A DNA stretch of 64,000 bases from an uncultured delta proteobacterium (GTDB taxonomy: Bacteria; Desulfobacterota; Binatia; Binatales; Binataceae). The DNA is taken from NCBI GenBank assembly GCA_963794325.1, contig CAWCDG010000004.1, positions 352,001-416,000 on the forward strand. The letters run 5' to 3'. Under the pieces are notes generated by a model, which saw nothing but the letters and a program-made list of their open reading frames with translations, was not told where the DNA came from and searched no databases. The position numbers and the translations under genes are program-made. Within the stretch, counting starts at the first letter, position 1; every line of letters begins with the position of its first letter. Shown piece by piece: positions 1 to 9,024 of this stretch.

Positions 1-366
1 GTCGCCGGATGCTTCGTCATCGACAAGGGCCGCGTGCTGTTACTCCGCCGTGGAATCGGACCGGCACTCGGCAAGTGGACGTTCCCTGGCGGGTACGTCG
101 ATTTCGGCGAGAACGTCGCCGAAGCCGCGATTCGCGAGACTCGCGAGGAAGTCGGGATGCGCGTCGCACTCGGCCCGCTGCTCGGAGTTTTCAACGATTC
201 CGCAATCACCGTCATCGTCTATCTGGCCACGCCCGGCAAAGAACCACCTTCACTTTCGGACGAGGCAACCGAAGTCCGCTACTTCGCGCCCGGCGGCATT
301 CCATGGCCCGACCTTGCCTTCCCCACCACGACTGACGCTCTAACCGCGTGGGTCGCTTCGACCTAA
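1..366 (+). CDS. NUDIX hydrolase (5' truncated by window edge)
   Basis: Nudix box GGYVDFGENVAEAAIRETREEVG; frame open from base 1. Confidence 0.9.
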   Translation, partial: VAGCFVIDKGRVLLLRRGIGPALGKWTFPGGYVDFGENVAEAAIRETREEVGMRVALGPLLGVFNDSAITVIVYLATPGKEPPSLSDEATEVRYFAPGGIPWPDLAFPTTTDALTAWVAST

Positions 367-490
367 AAACCCCACCAATCGCCTTAGATTTTGCCTCATC
401 GAGCATTAGCTATACTGACGTGATTATGCTAAATAATTTATCCTGATATCCGGCACCTGCGGCCATTCCGAGACCGAGGAGGTGGCTTTT

Positions 491-709
491 ATGGAACGGG
501 TTGAAGTGGTTGGCGGCAACGTTTTCATTCTCCGGACTCGCCAGTTGAGTCCCGACTGGTGGTGCTGCGATCTTTACGAGCGGGTCGAAACCGAAGCCGG
601 CGTCGAAGCCTTCGTGCTCGAGGATTTCGGTCAATCAGAAATCGAGGCTATCGGGATGGCGCTGAGCGACGCGCACGAGCCCAACCACATCCAGCATCAT
701 CATCACTGA
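491..709 (+). CDS. Small acidic hypothetical protein with His-rich tail
   Basis: GAGGAGG 8 nt before ATG 491, AT-rich upstream region, WWCC motif, C-terminal HIQHHHH. Confidence 0.65.
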   Translation: MERVEVVGGNVFILRTRQLSPDWWCCDLYERVETEAGVEAFVLEDFGQSEIEAIGMALSDAHEPNHIQHHHH

Positions 710-735
710 TTCGCAGCGCGCTGATCGGTGAAAGA

Positions 736-2448
736 TCAAATTTTTCCCGCCGACGGCAGAATCTTCTGCCGCTCGTAATCCGCAGTCACGGTATCGATTG
801 TGTCCGCCTGCTCGACTGACTTGTCGTCCCGGATGCGCACGATGCGCGCGAATCGCAACGCCATGCCGGCGTCGTAATTCGGACTGCGCTGGATATCGTT
901 GTAAGCAACTTCGACGACGACCTCGGGGCGAACGGTCACCACGCCGTGTGACTCCGCGGTCTTGAGCGCGAGCAGTCGCTCGGTCATCGCGCGGAACTGC
1001 TCGTCGTTCAGACCCTTGAAGGTTTTGCCGAGCATCGCGAATCCGCCGCTCTTGTCGCGCGCTGCGAGATGGTAATTGGACAGCCAACCGTGACGGCGTC
1101 CGTAGCCCCACTCCGCCGCGATGATCACCAGGTCGAGTGTGCGGGTGTGCTTTATTTTCAACCATCCGCGACCGCGCGCGCCCGGCGTGTACGCGCTCGC
1201 CAGCGACTTCGCCATCACGCCCTCATATCCGGCGGCGACCGCCTCCGCGTAAAACTTTTCGGCGCGGGCAAGGTCCGGCCTGACGATTCGTTCGACAATC
1301 TCCAGCGCGGCTGACGACTGCAATTCCTCGAGCATCGAAATTCTCTCCGCCCACGGACGATCGATCGTCAGCGTGCCGTCGAGCGCGAGCACATCGAATA
1401 CGTACAGTTTCAACGGTTGATCGACTCGCGCTTTCTCGACGTCGCGCGTGCGTCCAAAGCGTCGCATCAGGTCCTGAAACGCTGCCGGCCGCCCCGCGGC
1501 GTCAACCCCGATCACCTCGCCGTCGAGAATCGCGTGACGCGCGCCGATTCGATTCACGACCTCGACGACATCGGGAATGCTTTCGGTGATCTCGTTCAGC
1601 CGGCGCGAGAAAATTCGTACTTCGCCGTCCGTCGCATGATGGATCTGCACGCGCGCGCCATCGAGCTTGTGTTCGAACGATAGCTCCGGGCCAAGCGTGG
1701 CGAACGCTTCCGCGATATCGCCAACCGGAAACGCGAGCATCGGCTTGAGCGGCTTGACGGCGTCAGAAGATTTGTCGGCAACTAACTGCTCCGCGCCGGC
1801 CGGCGATCGAATCATTCGCACCACGCGGCCGAGGTCAGCCTCCAGCATGTGAATCCGGCGAACTTCAGTGACAGGGCGCGCGCTCATTTTTGCGATCGCC
1901 TCGAGCATCAATCCCTCGCTGACGCCATGGCGCATCTCACCGATCAGAATCTTCGCGACGTACTTGCCTTCGAACGACGACGCGCGCGCGAACAGCTCGC
2001 GCAGCGCGTCGAGCTTGCGCTTGCGCGCGTGACGTCCTTCTATCGCGGCTATCTCCGCAAATTTTTGGTTGAGCTCGCGAATCGTAAGCGTGGGTTCCGG
2101 TTCGGCGGCGCGGAGCTTGAGCGTCATCTCGACCGCCTCGCCGAAGTCCTCGGCGGCGGTGAAGATATCTTCGCCCTGGTCAGCGCTGTCGGTCATCTCG
2201 GCGACGATTTTCCAGATGGCGCGGCCACTAATCTGCAGGCGCTTCTCCTCGCCCTGCTCGACCGCGCGTCCGACCATAAATCGCGCCGCGATCTCGGCTT
2301 CGTCGATATCGAGCGAGGCGAGGAACGTCCCAACCTCTTCGGCCATCTGCAGCCGGCTCTGCGTCTGGCTGAGCGATTGGCAGACGTTCGCGAAATCGTA
2401 AAACGAAGGCACGAAGCAGATTAATGCCGCCCGCGCCCCCTCGCGCAA
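736..2448 (-). CDS. ATP-dependent DNA ligase (LigB-like; start possibly GTG 2412)
   Basis: EHKLDGAR adenylation motif, EGVMAK, WLKIK, LRFARIVRIRDDK. Confidence 0.93.
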   Translation of the reverse strand: MREGARAALICFVPSFYDFANVCQSLSQTQSRLQMAEEVGTFLASLDIDEAEIAARFMVGRAVEQGEEKRLQISGRAIWKIVAEMTDSADQGEDIFTAAEDFGEAVEMTLKLRAAEPEPTLTIRELNQKFAEIAAIEGRHARKRKLDALRELFARASSFEGKYVAKILIGEMRHGVSEGLMLEAIAKMSARPVTEVRRIHMLEADLGRVVRMIRSPAGAEQLVADKSSDAVKPLKPMLAFPVGDIAEAFATLGPELSFEHKLDGARVQIHHATDGEVRIFSRRLNEITESIPDVVEVVNRIGARHAILDGEVIGVDAAGRPAAFQDLMRRFGRTRDVEKARVDQPLKLYVFDVLALDGTLTIDRPWAERISMLEELQSSAALEIVERIVRPDLARAEKFYAEAVAAGYEGVMAKSLASAYTPGARGRGWLKIKHTRTLDLVIIAAEWGYGRRHGWLSNYHLAARDKSGGFAMLGKTFKGLNDEQFRAMTERLLALKTAESHGVVTVRPEVVVEVAYNDIQRSPNYDAGMALRFARIVRIRDDKSVEQADTIDTVTADYERQKILPSAGKI

Positions 2449-2464
2449 GCGCCGCGAGATTTGC

Positions 2465-3256
2465 CTACGCTGCTATCGGGTGCGACTTAACGAACGGCAG
2501 AAATACTTTCAGAAATTCGCCGCGGGCATCTGACATGAACGCGTGGCCGACACCCGGGATGATCTGCAACTTCGCGCCGGGGATCTGCGCCGCGAGAATC
2601 TCGGAGTTCTTCGCCGGGATCAGCACGTCCTCGGCTCCCGTCACGACCAGCGTCGGCGTCTTGATTTGCGGCAGCCGCTCGAAAGTCTTCAGCGTGTAAG
2701 TCGCTTCGAGCTGGCGCTGGAACGCGAACGGCGGCGTCGGATATTTGAGCAGGCGCGGGATCGTAGCTTCGAGCACGTCGCGATGCTCCGCGATGTATTT
2801 CGCCGTATGCCCCAGCGGCCATCCGCGGCGAATTACATCCTCCGGCGCAACGCCTTCGCGTGGCGCAGTCAGAATTTTCAACGACTCGGGCGGCGGCGGC
2901 ACAGAATGCGTACCGCCCGCGGTGGTGCATCCGAGCGTGAGCGTCGCCGTTCGCTTCGGGTGCCGCAGCGCGAACTCCTGCGCGATCATCCCGCCCATCG
3001 ACACGCCAAAAATATGCGCCTGCGGAACGTCGAGCTTGTCCAGCACACTCGCCGCGTCATCGGCGAACATCTCGATCGAGTACGGCGCGTCCGGCTTGTC
3101 GCTCTGCCCGGTGCCGCGATTGTCGAACGTGATCACTCGAAGCGTCCGCCCGAGTTCGGTGATCAGCTCGGGATCCCACGCCGCCGAGCTGGCGCCGAGA
3201 CCCATGATCATCAGGAGTGGATCGCCGCTCCCGGCAACGTCGTAGTGAAGGTTCAT
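2465..3256 (-). CDS. Alpha/beta fold hydrolase
   Basis: GVSMGG nucleophile elbow, DNRGTGQSD, C-terminal GH. Confidence 0.9.
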   Translation of the reverse strand: MNLHYDVAGSGDPLLMIMGLGASSAAWDPELITELGRTLRVITFDNRGTGQSDKPDAPYSIEMFADDAASVLDKLDVPQAHIFGVSMGGMIAQEFALRHPKRTATLTLGCTTAGGTHSVPPPPESLKILTAPREGVAPEDVIRRGWPLGHTAKYIAEHRDVLEATIPRLLKYPTPPFAFQRQLEATYTLKTFERLPQIKTPTLVVTGAEDVLIPAKNSEILAAQIPGAKLQIIPGVGHAFMSDARGEFLKVFLPFVKSHPIAA

Positions 3257-3319
3257 ATCGCCTTATACCTTTTGGATTCTTTGACGGTTCCGCGAACTCG
3301 AATCGCGTCCAACTTGAGC

Positions 3320-4768
3320 TTATCTTCCCGATGCAGCGGCCTTGTCAACGACGTTGTGCTGAACCTTGCTGTGGAAGCGGCCGTAGCTGAAATAGATGAC
3401 GAGTCCGATTAGCAGCCATACGAAAAAACGAATCCACGTCACGATCGGCAGACTCGCCATCAGGTAAACGCAAAACACGACGCCCAGAATCGGCACCAGC
3501 GGCACCAGCGGCGTGCGGAACGGGCGTTTCATATCGGGCTCGACGTGGCGCAAAATCCACACGCCGAAGCATACCAGCACGAAGGCGAACAGCGTGCCGA
3601 TATTGGTCAGCTCCGCGATCTCCTGAATCGGCAGCAGCGCCGCGGTGATTCCAACTGCGAACCCAGTCAGCGTCGTCGGGATATACGGCGTGCGATACTT
3701 CGGATGTATCTTGCTGAAGGCCGGCGGCAGCAAGCCGTCGCGCGACACGGCGAAAAATACTCGCGACTGCCCGAGCATCAGCACCAGCAGCACCGAGGTC
3801 AGGCCCGCGACCGCGCCGAGCGAGATAAATCCCGACAACGCATGCATCCCGCGTAGCACGAAGGCCGACGCCAGCGGCGCGTTCACGTCGATCAGGTGCG
3901 CCGGCACCATCCCGGTCAGCACGGCGGCGACCAGGATATACAGCACCGTGCATACGAACAGCGAGCCGAGGATGCCGAGTGGCAGGTCGCGATTCGGATC
4001 GATGACTTCCTCCGCCGCCGTCGAGACCGCATCGAATCCGATGTACGCGAAGAAAATCACGGCCGCGCCTTTCATCACGCCCGACCATCCCATCGGCGCG
4101 AACGGACTCCAGTTTGCCGGCCTGACGAAAAATGCGCCGACGATGATTACCGCGGCGATCACCACAAGCTTGATTCCCACGATGAACGAATTGATCCGCG
4201 CGCTCTCCGAGATGCCGATGTACAGCACGTATGTGATCAGCATTACGATCAGCAGCGCGGGCAGGTTGATAATCGCGCCGGGCGCCGATCCGGGCGCATT
4301 GGTAATCGCGACCGGCAAATGGATTCCGAGACCGTGCAGGATGACGGTCAGATAGCCTGACCATCCGACTGCCACGGCGGCCGCGCCGACAGCGTATTCG
4401 AGCACGAGGTCCCATCCGATGATCCAGCCGACCAGCTCGCCCATCGTCGCGTACGAATACGAATACGCGCTGCCTGCGACCGGAATCATCGCGGCGAATT
4501 CGGCGTAGCACAGTGCAGCCATCGCGCATGCGAATCCCGACACGACGAACGAGAGCACGATTGCAGGCCCGGCGAATTTTGCCGCGGCGACGCCGGTCAA
4601 CACGAAAATTCCAGCGCCGACGATTGCGCCGATTCCGAGCAACGTGAGATCGAGCGCGCCCAGCGCCCTTTTGAGGCCGCCTTCGTGCAGGCCCGCCTCT
4701 GCCATCAATGCGGACGCCGGCTTGCGCCGGAACATTTGCGCCCGCAGTCCGGTTCCGTTCATCCCCAC
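3320..4768 (-). CDS. APC-family amino acid permease
   Basis: GAIVGAGIF, GSAYSYSY, FFAYIGFD motifs; many TM segments. Confidence 0.92.
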   Translation of the reverse strand: MGMNGTGLRAQMFRRKPASALMAEAGLHEGGLKRALGALDLTLLGIGAIVGAGIFVLTGVAAAKFAGPAIVLSFVVSGFACAMAALCYAEFAAMIPVAGSAYSYSYATMGELVGWIIGWDLVLEYAVGAAAVAVGWSGYLTVILHGLGIHLPVAITNAPGSAPGAIINLPALLIVMLITYVLYIGISESARINSFIVGIKLVVIAAVIIVGAFFVRPANWSPFAPMGWSGVMKGAAVIFFAYIGFDAVSTAAEEVIDPNRDLPLGILGSLFVCTVLYILVAAVLTGMVPAHLIDVNAPLASAFVLRGMHALSGFISLGAVAGLTSVLLVLMLGQSRVFFAVSRDGLLPPAFSKIHPKYRTPYIPTTLTGFAVGITAALLPIQEIAELTNIGTLFAFVLVCFGVWILRHVEPDMKRPFRTPLVPLVPILGVVFCVYLMASLPIVTWIRFFVWLLIGLVIYFSYGRFHSKVQHNVVDKAAASGR

Positions 4769-4784
4769 TCCCCCTCGCGCGCTT

Positions 4785-5567
4785 TCACCACGCCTGGTAT
4801 CCGCCGTCCACCGAAATTACCGACCCCGTAACGTAGCTTGATGCGGGACTGGCAAGGAAGATCACCGCGCCGCGAATTTCGTGCGGGAGTCCCAGACGCT
4901 TCATCGGCGTGAACGCTTCCATCCGCTCCTTGTTCGCGGGCTTCGCGATTCCGCCTTCGGTGGCTTCAGTGGGAATCCATCCCGGCGCGATCGCGTTCAC
5001 CAGAATTCCGTAGCCGGCCCATTCGACCGCGAGCTGCCGCGTGAGATTCGCGAGCGCGGCCTTGGTCGCCACGTATGCCGACAGCCGATACACCGAACTC
5101 GCGACCGACGCGTAGATCGAAGCCATGTTGATGATCCGGCCCGGCTGTTTGGTCTCGATCAGTCGGCGCGCGACGCGTTGCGACAGCATCATCGGCGCGG
5201 TCAGATTCACGGCGAGCGTCTCGTCCCACGCCTCGCGCTTGAAGGTCTCAGCGCGCCCGGTCGGCGACACTCCGGCGTTATTCACCAGGATGTCGACGTC
5301 GCCGATGGCAGCCGTCGCTTCGGCCATCACGCGATCGAGGTCGGCCTCGCGCGTCACGTCGGCGCCGATTCCGACGGCTTTGACGCCGTGCGCTTTCGCG
5401 AACTCCTCCGCAAGCTTAGCGACCCGGTCTTTGCGCCGCGCGACGAGCGCGACGTCGGCGCCTGCAATTGCGAGAGCCTTTGCGCATTCGACGCCGAGTC
5501 CCGACGAAGCGCCGGTCACCAGCGCGCGATGTCCGCGAAGAGAGAACAGAGATTCGAGTGAATCCAT
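4785..5567 (-). CDS. SDR family oxidoreductase
   Basis: TGASSGLG, NNAG, YVATK. Confidence 0.92.
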   Translation of the reverse strand: MDSLESLFSLRGHRALVTGASSGLGVECAKALAIAGADVALVARRKDRVAKLAEEFAKAHGVKAVGIGADVTREADLDRVMAEATAAIGDVDILVNNAGVSPTGRAETFKREAWDETLAVNLTAPMMLSQRVARRLIETKQPGRIINMASIYASVASSVYRLSAYVATKAALANLTRQLAVEWAGYGILVNAIAPGWIPTEATEGGIAKPANKERMEAFTPMKRLGLPHEIRGAVIFLASPASSYVTGSVISVDGGYQAW

Positions 5568-6613
5568 CAGTCGCCGAAAACTTCGCCGGCAGCTTGCGCG
5601 GCTGCGGCGACTGCCCGATCGATGTCGTCGCGCGAAATTCCATTGTGAGTCACGGCGCGGAAGGAAGTCGCCTCGCGCGGCGAGAGCAAGACGCCCCGCT
5701 CTTTCATCGCCGCCGCAAACCGCCGCGACGCTTGTGGGTCACCGTCCACGTCGAACACGACCATGTTGGTACGGTTCGCGACCGGGCGCACGTTCAGTCC
5801 CGCGACCAGCGCGAATCCCTGCGCCAGCGCGCGCGCATTCTGATGATCCTCGGCGAGCCGATCGAGCATCGTGGTCAGCGCGACGATTCCCGCCGCCGCA
5901 ATTATTCCCGCCTGCCGCATTCCGCCGCCGAGCACTTTGCGAGTGCGATGCGCGCGCGCGATAAATTCGCGGCTTCCGCATAGCAGCGAGCCCACCGGGC
6001 ATCCGAGTCCCTTCGACAGGCAGAACGAAACCGTATCCGCGTGACTCGCGATTTCCTTCGGCGTGGTCTCGAGCGCGAGCGCTGCGTTGAAGATTCGCGC
6101 GCCGTCGAGATGCAGCGGGATTTTTCTGCGACGTGTAGCCGTCGAAACTTCCGCCATGTGCGACAACTTGATCGGCGCGCCGCCGCATCGGTTGTGCGTG
6201 TTCTCGATCACGACGAGCGACGGCTGCGCAAAATGATCGTCAGCCGGTGTTCCGAGCTCGCGCGACAGCTCATGCGGGTCGAGCTCGCCGTCTTCGCTGT
6301 TGGTGACCGCGGTGAGCACGATGCCTCCCAGAGCCGACGCGCCGCCCGCTTCGTAAAGATTGGTATGCGACTGCGAACCTACGATCGCCTTGGTACCGCG
6401 CGCGCAGTGGGTAAGCATCGCGGCCAGATTACCCATCGTGCCGCTGGGGACGAGCAGCGCGGCGTCCTTGCCCATCATCGATGCCGCCATCGCTTCGAGC
6501 CGGTTCACGGTCGGGTCTTCGCCATAGACGTCGTCGCCGAGATCGGCGCGCGCGATTGCCTCGCGCATCGCGGGGGTCGGCAAGGTTACGGTGTCGCTGC
6601 GCAGATCAATCAC
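5567..6613 (-). CDS. ltaE: Low-specificity L-threonine aldolase
   Basis: IDLRSDTVT, HLDGARIFNA, CLSKGLG (PLP Lys). Confidence 0.93.
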   Translation of the reverse strand: MIDLRSDTVTLPTPAMREAIARADLGDDVYGEDPTVNRLEAMAASMMGKDAALLVPSGTMGNLAAMLTHCARGTKAIVGSQSHTNLYEAGGASALGGIVLTAVTNSEDGELDPHELSRELGTPADDHFAQPSLVVIENTHNRCGGAPIKLSHMAEVSTATRRRKIPLHLDGARIFNAALALETTPKEIASHADTVSFCLSKGLGCPVGSLLCGSREFIARAHRTRKVLGGGMRQAGIIAAAGIVALTTMLDRLAEDHQNARALAQGFALVAGLNVRPVANRTNMVVFDVDGDPQASRRFAAAMKERGVLLSPREATSFRAVTHNGISRDDIDRAVAAAAQAAGEVFGD

Positions 6614-6637
6614 GACATGGATACCTGTCGCGCGAGC

Positions 6638-7672
6638 TTATTGGCCTGGAGGATAGAGCGTCGAAACGTTTCCGCTGCTGGTATCGACAACTTCGACGGC
6701 GTTTTCGGTGGTGTCGGAGAAATAGAGTTGCTTGCCGTCGCTGGTGAGGGCGCATCCCGAGCCGATGTGGCCGTTGACCAGCGTCAGCTTGGTCACGGTT
6801 TTGGCACTGAGATCGATTTTACGAATCGAGTGATTGTCGGCGTCGAGCACGTAGAGAAACGCGCCGTCGGTGCATATCGCGCCGGGATTGTTGAACTGCG
6901 CCTGGTTGGCGGGGCCGTCCTTGTCGCCTTCCTCGCCGGTGCCGGCAAGCGTGCTGGTCTGCAGCGACGAGATGTCGATCATGCGGATTATGTCGTTGCC
7001 GGTGTCCGCGACGTAGATAGCTTTTTTATCGACGGCGACTCCGCGCGGGCCGCTGAACAGCGACTTGTCCACGCCGCCTTCGGTCTTGCCCGAGGTGCCG
7101 GCTTGTCCGCCAACGGTTTTGACTTTCATGTCGGCCAGCGTGATGCGCCGGATGGTGCTGTTGCCGCTGTCGGCGACGTACAATGTAGTGCCATCAGTCG
7201 CGATCTGGGTCGGCTGGTTGAAGTGCGCGGCCGAGCCGGTGCCGTCTTCGGTGCCCGAGATATTTGCGGTGCCCGCGATGGTCGTGACGGTTCCGCTGAC
7301 CGTAATCTGGCGAATGTCGGAATTGTTGGTGTCGCAAAGATAGAGATTCTGCCCGTTGATCGTCATGCCGTCAGGGCTGTTGAAGCGCGCCGCGGGACCG
7401 ATGCCGTCGTTGCTGCCTTGCTGGAACAGCGTGCCCGCGACGATGCGCAGCGACTTCGACGCCGCGTCGATCGCCTCGACCGTGTTGTTGCGGCTGTTCG
7501 CAACGTAAACGGCGCGGCCGTCGGTCGCCAGTCCGGCGGGGAAATCCAGCCGCGGCCCTGATTGTGCCTGCAGGCCTTGCATCTCTTGCGCGTGAGCTGG
7601 CGCCACGACGGCGAGAATCGCGAGCGTGACGCCGGAAGCCAGGATCAATTTGAAGTTTGCGGAGACTCTCAT
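6638..7672 (-). CDS. Secreted NHL-repeat beta-propeller protein
   Basis: Signal peptide (AHA); repeated DG.G.AA.FN.P...LYVAD..N..IR units. Confidence 0.85.
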   Translation of the reverse strand: MRVSANFKLILASGVTLAILAVVAPAHAQEMQGLQAQSGPRLDFPAGLATDGRAVYVANSRNNTVEAIDAASKSLRIVAGTLFQQGSNDGIGPAARFNSPDGMTINGQNLYLCDTNNSDIRQITVSGTVTTIAGTANISGTEDGTGSAAHFNQPTQIATDGTTLYVADSGNSTIRRITLADMKVKTVGGQAGTSGKTEGGVDKSLFSGPRGVAVDKKAIYVADTGNDIIRMIDISSLQTSTLAGTGEEGDKDGPANQAQFNNPGAICTDGAFLYVLDADNHSIRKIDLSAKTVTKLTLVNGHIGSGCALTSDGKQLYFSDTTENAVEVVDTSSGNVSTLYPPGQ

Positions 7673-7730
7673 ATACGCGACCTCGCTGAATTGTGGGTTA
7701 TCCGCGCCGCTTTACGAATCTTGCCGCAAC

Positions 7731-8597
7731 TTATGGAAAGATCGCTTTGACCACTTCGTCGATCGCGCGCTTGCTGTCGGCCTCGTCGGTGAGCGACCAG
7801 GTGACCGCGACCGTCGCCGCGCGGCGCGGTGCGATTCCCTGGCGGATCAGCTCGCCGGCGTAGATCAGCAGGCGGGTCGAGACGCCTTCTTCCAGACCCG
7901 ACGCCTTCAGATGACGAACCTTCTCGCCCAGTATCGCGAGCTGGTGCGCGATGTCCTGATCGACGCCCGCCTCGTGCGCGATAATCTCGACTTCCTTATC
8001 GGCCGGCGGATAGGTGAACTCGATCGTCACGAAGCGCTGGCGGGTCGAGTGCTTGAGGTTTTTCTGGATGCTCTGGTAGCCGGGATTGTAGGAAATCACC
8101 AGCAGAAATCCTTCGTGCGCCTCGATCGTCTCGCCACGCTTTTCGATCGGCAGAATCCGCCGATGATCCGACAGCGGATGGATCAGCACGGTGGTGTCCT
8201 TGCGGGCCTCGACCACTTCGTCGAGGTAGCAAATCGCGCCGCGCCGCACGGCTTGGGTCAGCGGGCCGTCAACCCATACCGTCTCGTCGGCTTGAATCAG
8301 AAAGCGGCCGACCAGATCGCTGCCGGTGAGATCCTCGTGACAGGCGACGGTGATGAGTTCATTGGGGCCGTTGGGGAGCGACGAAAGCTGATGCGCCATG
8401 TGCTCGACGAAGCGCGTCTTACCACATCCGGTGGGTCCCTTGAGCAGCAAGGGCAGGCGGGCCTTGTACGCGGCGGTGAAGATTTCGACTTCGTCGCCAA
8501 TCGGGAGGTAGAACGGGGCCGCAGACGGGTCGAGATGTTTAACCTCGGGACCCTCGGCCTGCAGCCTGGTGTCGAACTTCTTTAACTCAATCCCCAT
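7731..8597 (-). CDS. CbbQ/NirQ/NorQ family AAA+ ATPase
   Basis: [34 protein letters not shown]. Confidence 0.92.
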   Translation of the reverse strand: MGIELKKFDTRLQAEGPEVKHLDPSAAPFYLPIGDEVEIFTAAYKARLPLLLKGPTGCGKTRFVEHMAHQLSSLPNGPNELITVACHEDLTGSDLVGRFLIQADETVWVDGPLTQAVRRGAICYLDEVVEARKDTTVLIHPLSDHRRILPIEKRGETIEAHEGFLLVISYNPGYQSIQKNLKHSTRQRFVTIEFTYPPADKEVEIIAHEAGVDQDIAHQLAILGEKVRHLKASGLEEGVSTRLLIYAGELIRQGIAPRRAATVAVTWSLTDEADSKRAIDEVVKAIFP

Positions 8598-8637
8598 CGG
8601 TTCCTTCTGGGCATTCGATTGGATGCGTCAAGCCGCG

Positions 8638-8667
8638 ATTCTAAGAGACTTCCGCGCAAGCATTCAA
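8638..8667 (-). promoter_or_regulatory. Putative sigma70 promoter of the cbbQ-like gene
   Basis: TTGAAT-N18-TAGAAT on the minus strand. Confidence 0.4.
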
Positions 8668-8691
8668 GGCGCGCGGAAGGGGATAAAAAGA

Positions 8692-9022
8692 GTGGGAAGG
8701 GGAAATCACTTTATTTAATGTGAAACCCTGCGCGGGTTTCGCGCTTCCGCGGCAGGGGTGACCCCTGCACCCAGTGAGAATCGCAAAATGGCGAGGACGC
8801 CCTTTTGCTCGAAGGGTCGGGGGGAGGATGGGGGCCGGGAAATTACCTCGCCCATTATTTTACGGGAGAGGTAAGCGTCGGACGCCTCCTCCCTTAACCC
8901 CTTCTAACAGGGACGAAGTCCCGCATCTTCTCTTATTACTGGGTGCAGGGGTCACCCCTGCCGAAGGAAGCGTGAAACCCACCGCGGGTTTCACATTAAA
9001 TAAAGTGATTTACCCTTCCCAC
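8692..9022. mobile_element. Family A MITE/REPIN-like element, complete
   Basis: ~84 bp terminal inverted arms (8692-8775, 8938-9022), each with hairpins GTGAAACCC..GGGTTTCAC and GCAGGGG..CCCCTGC. Confidence 0.8.
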
Positions 9023-9024
9023 CG

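Noticed and set aside
736-2448. NHEJ system
   Set aside because: No Ku, polymerase or phosphoesterase domains in the window; ordinary LigB-type ligase
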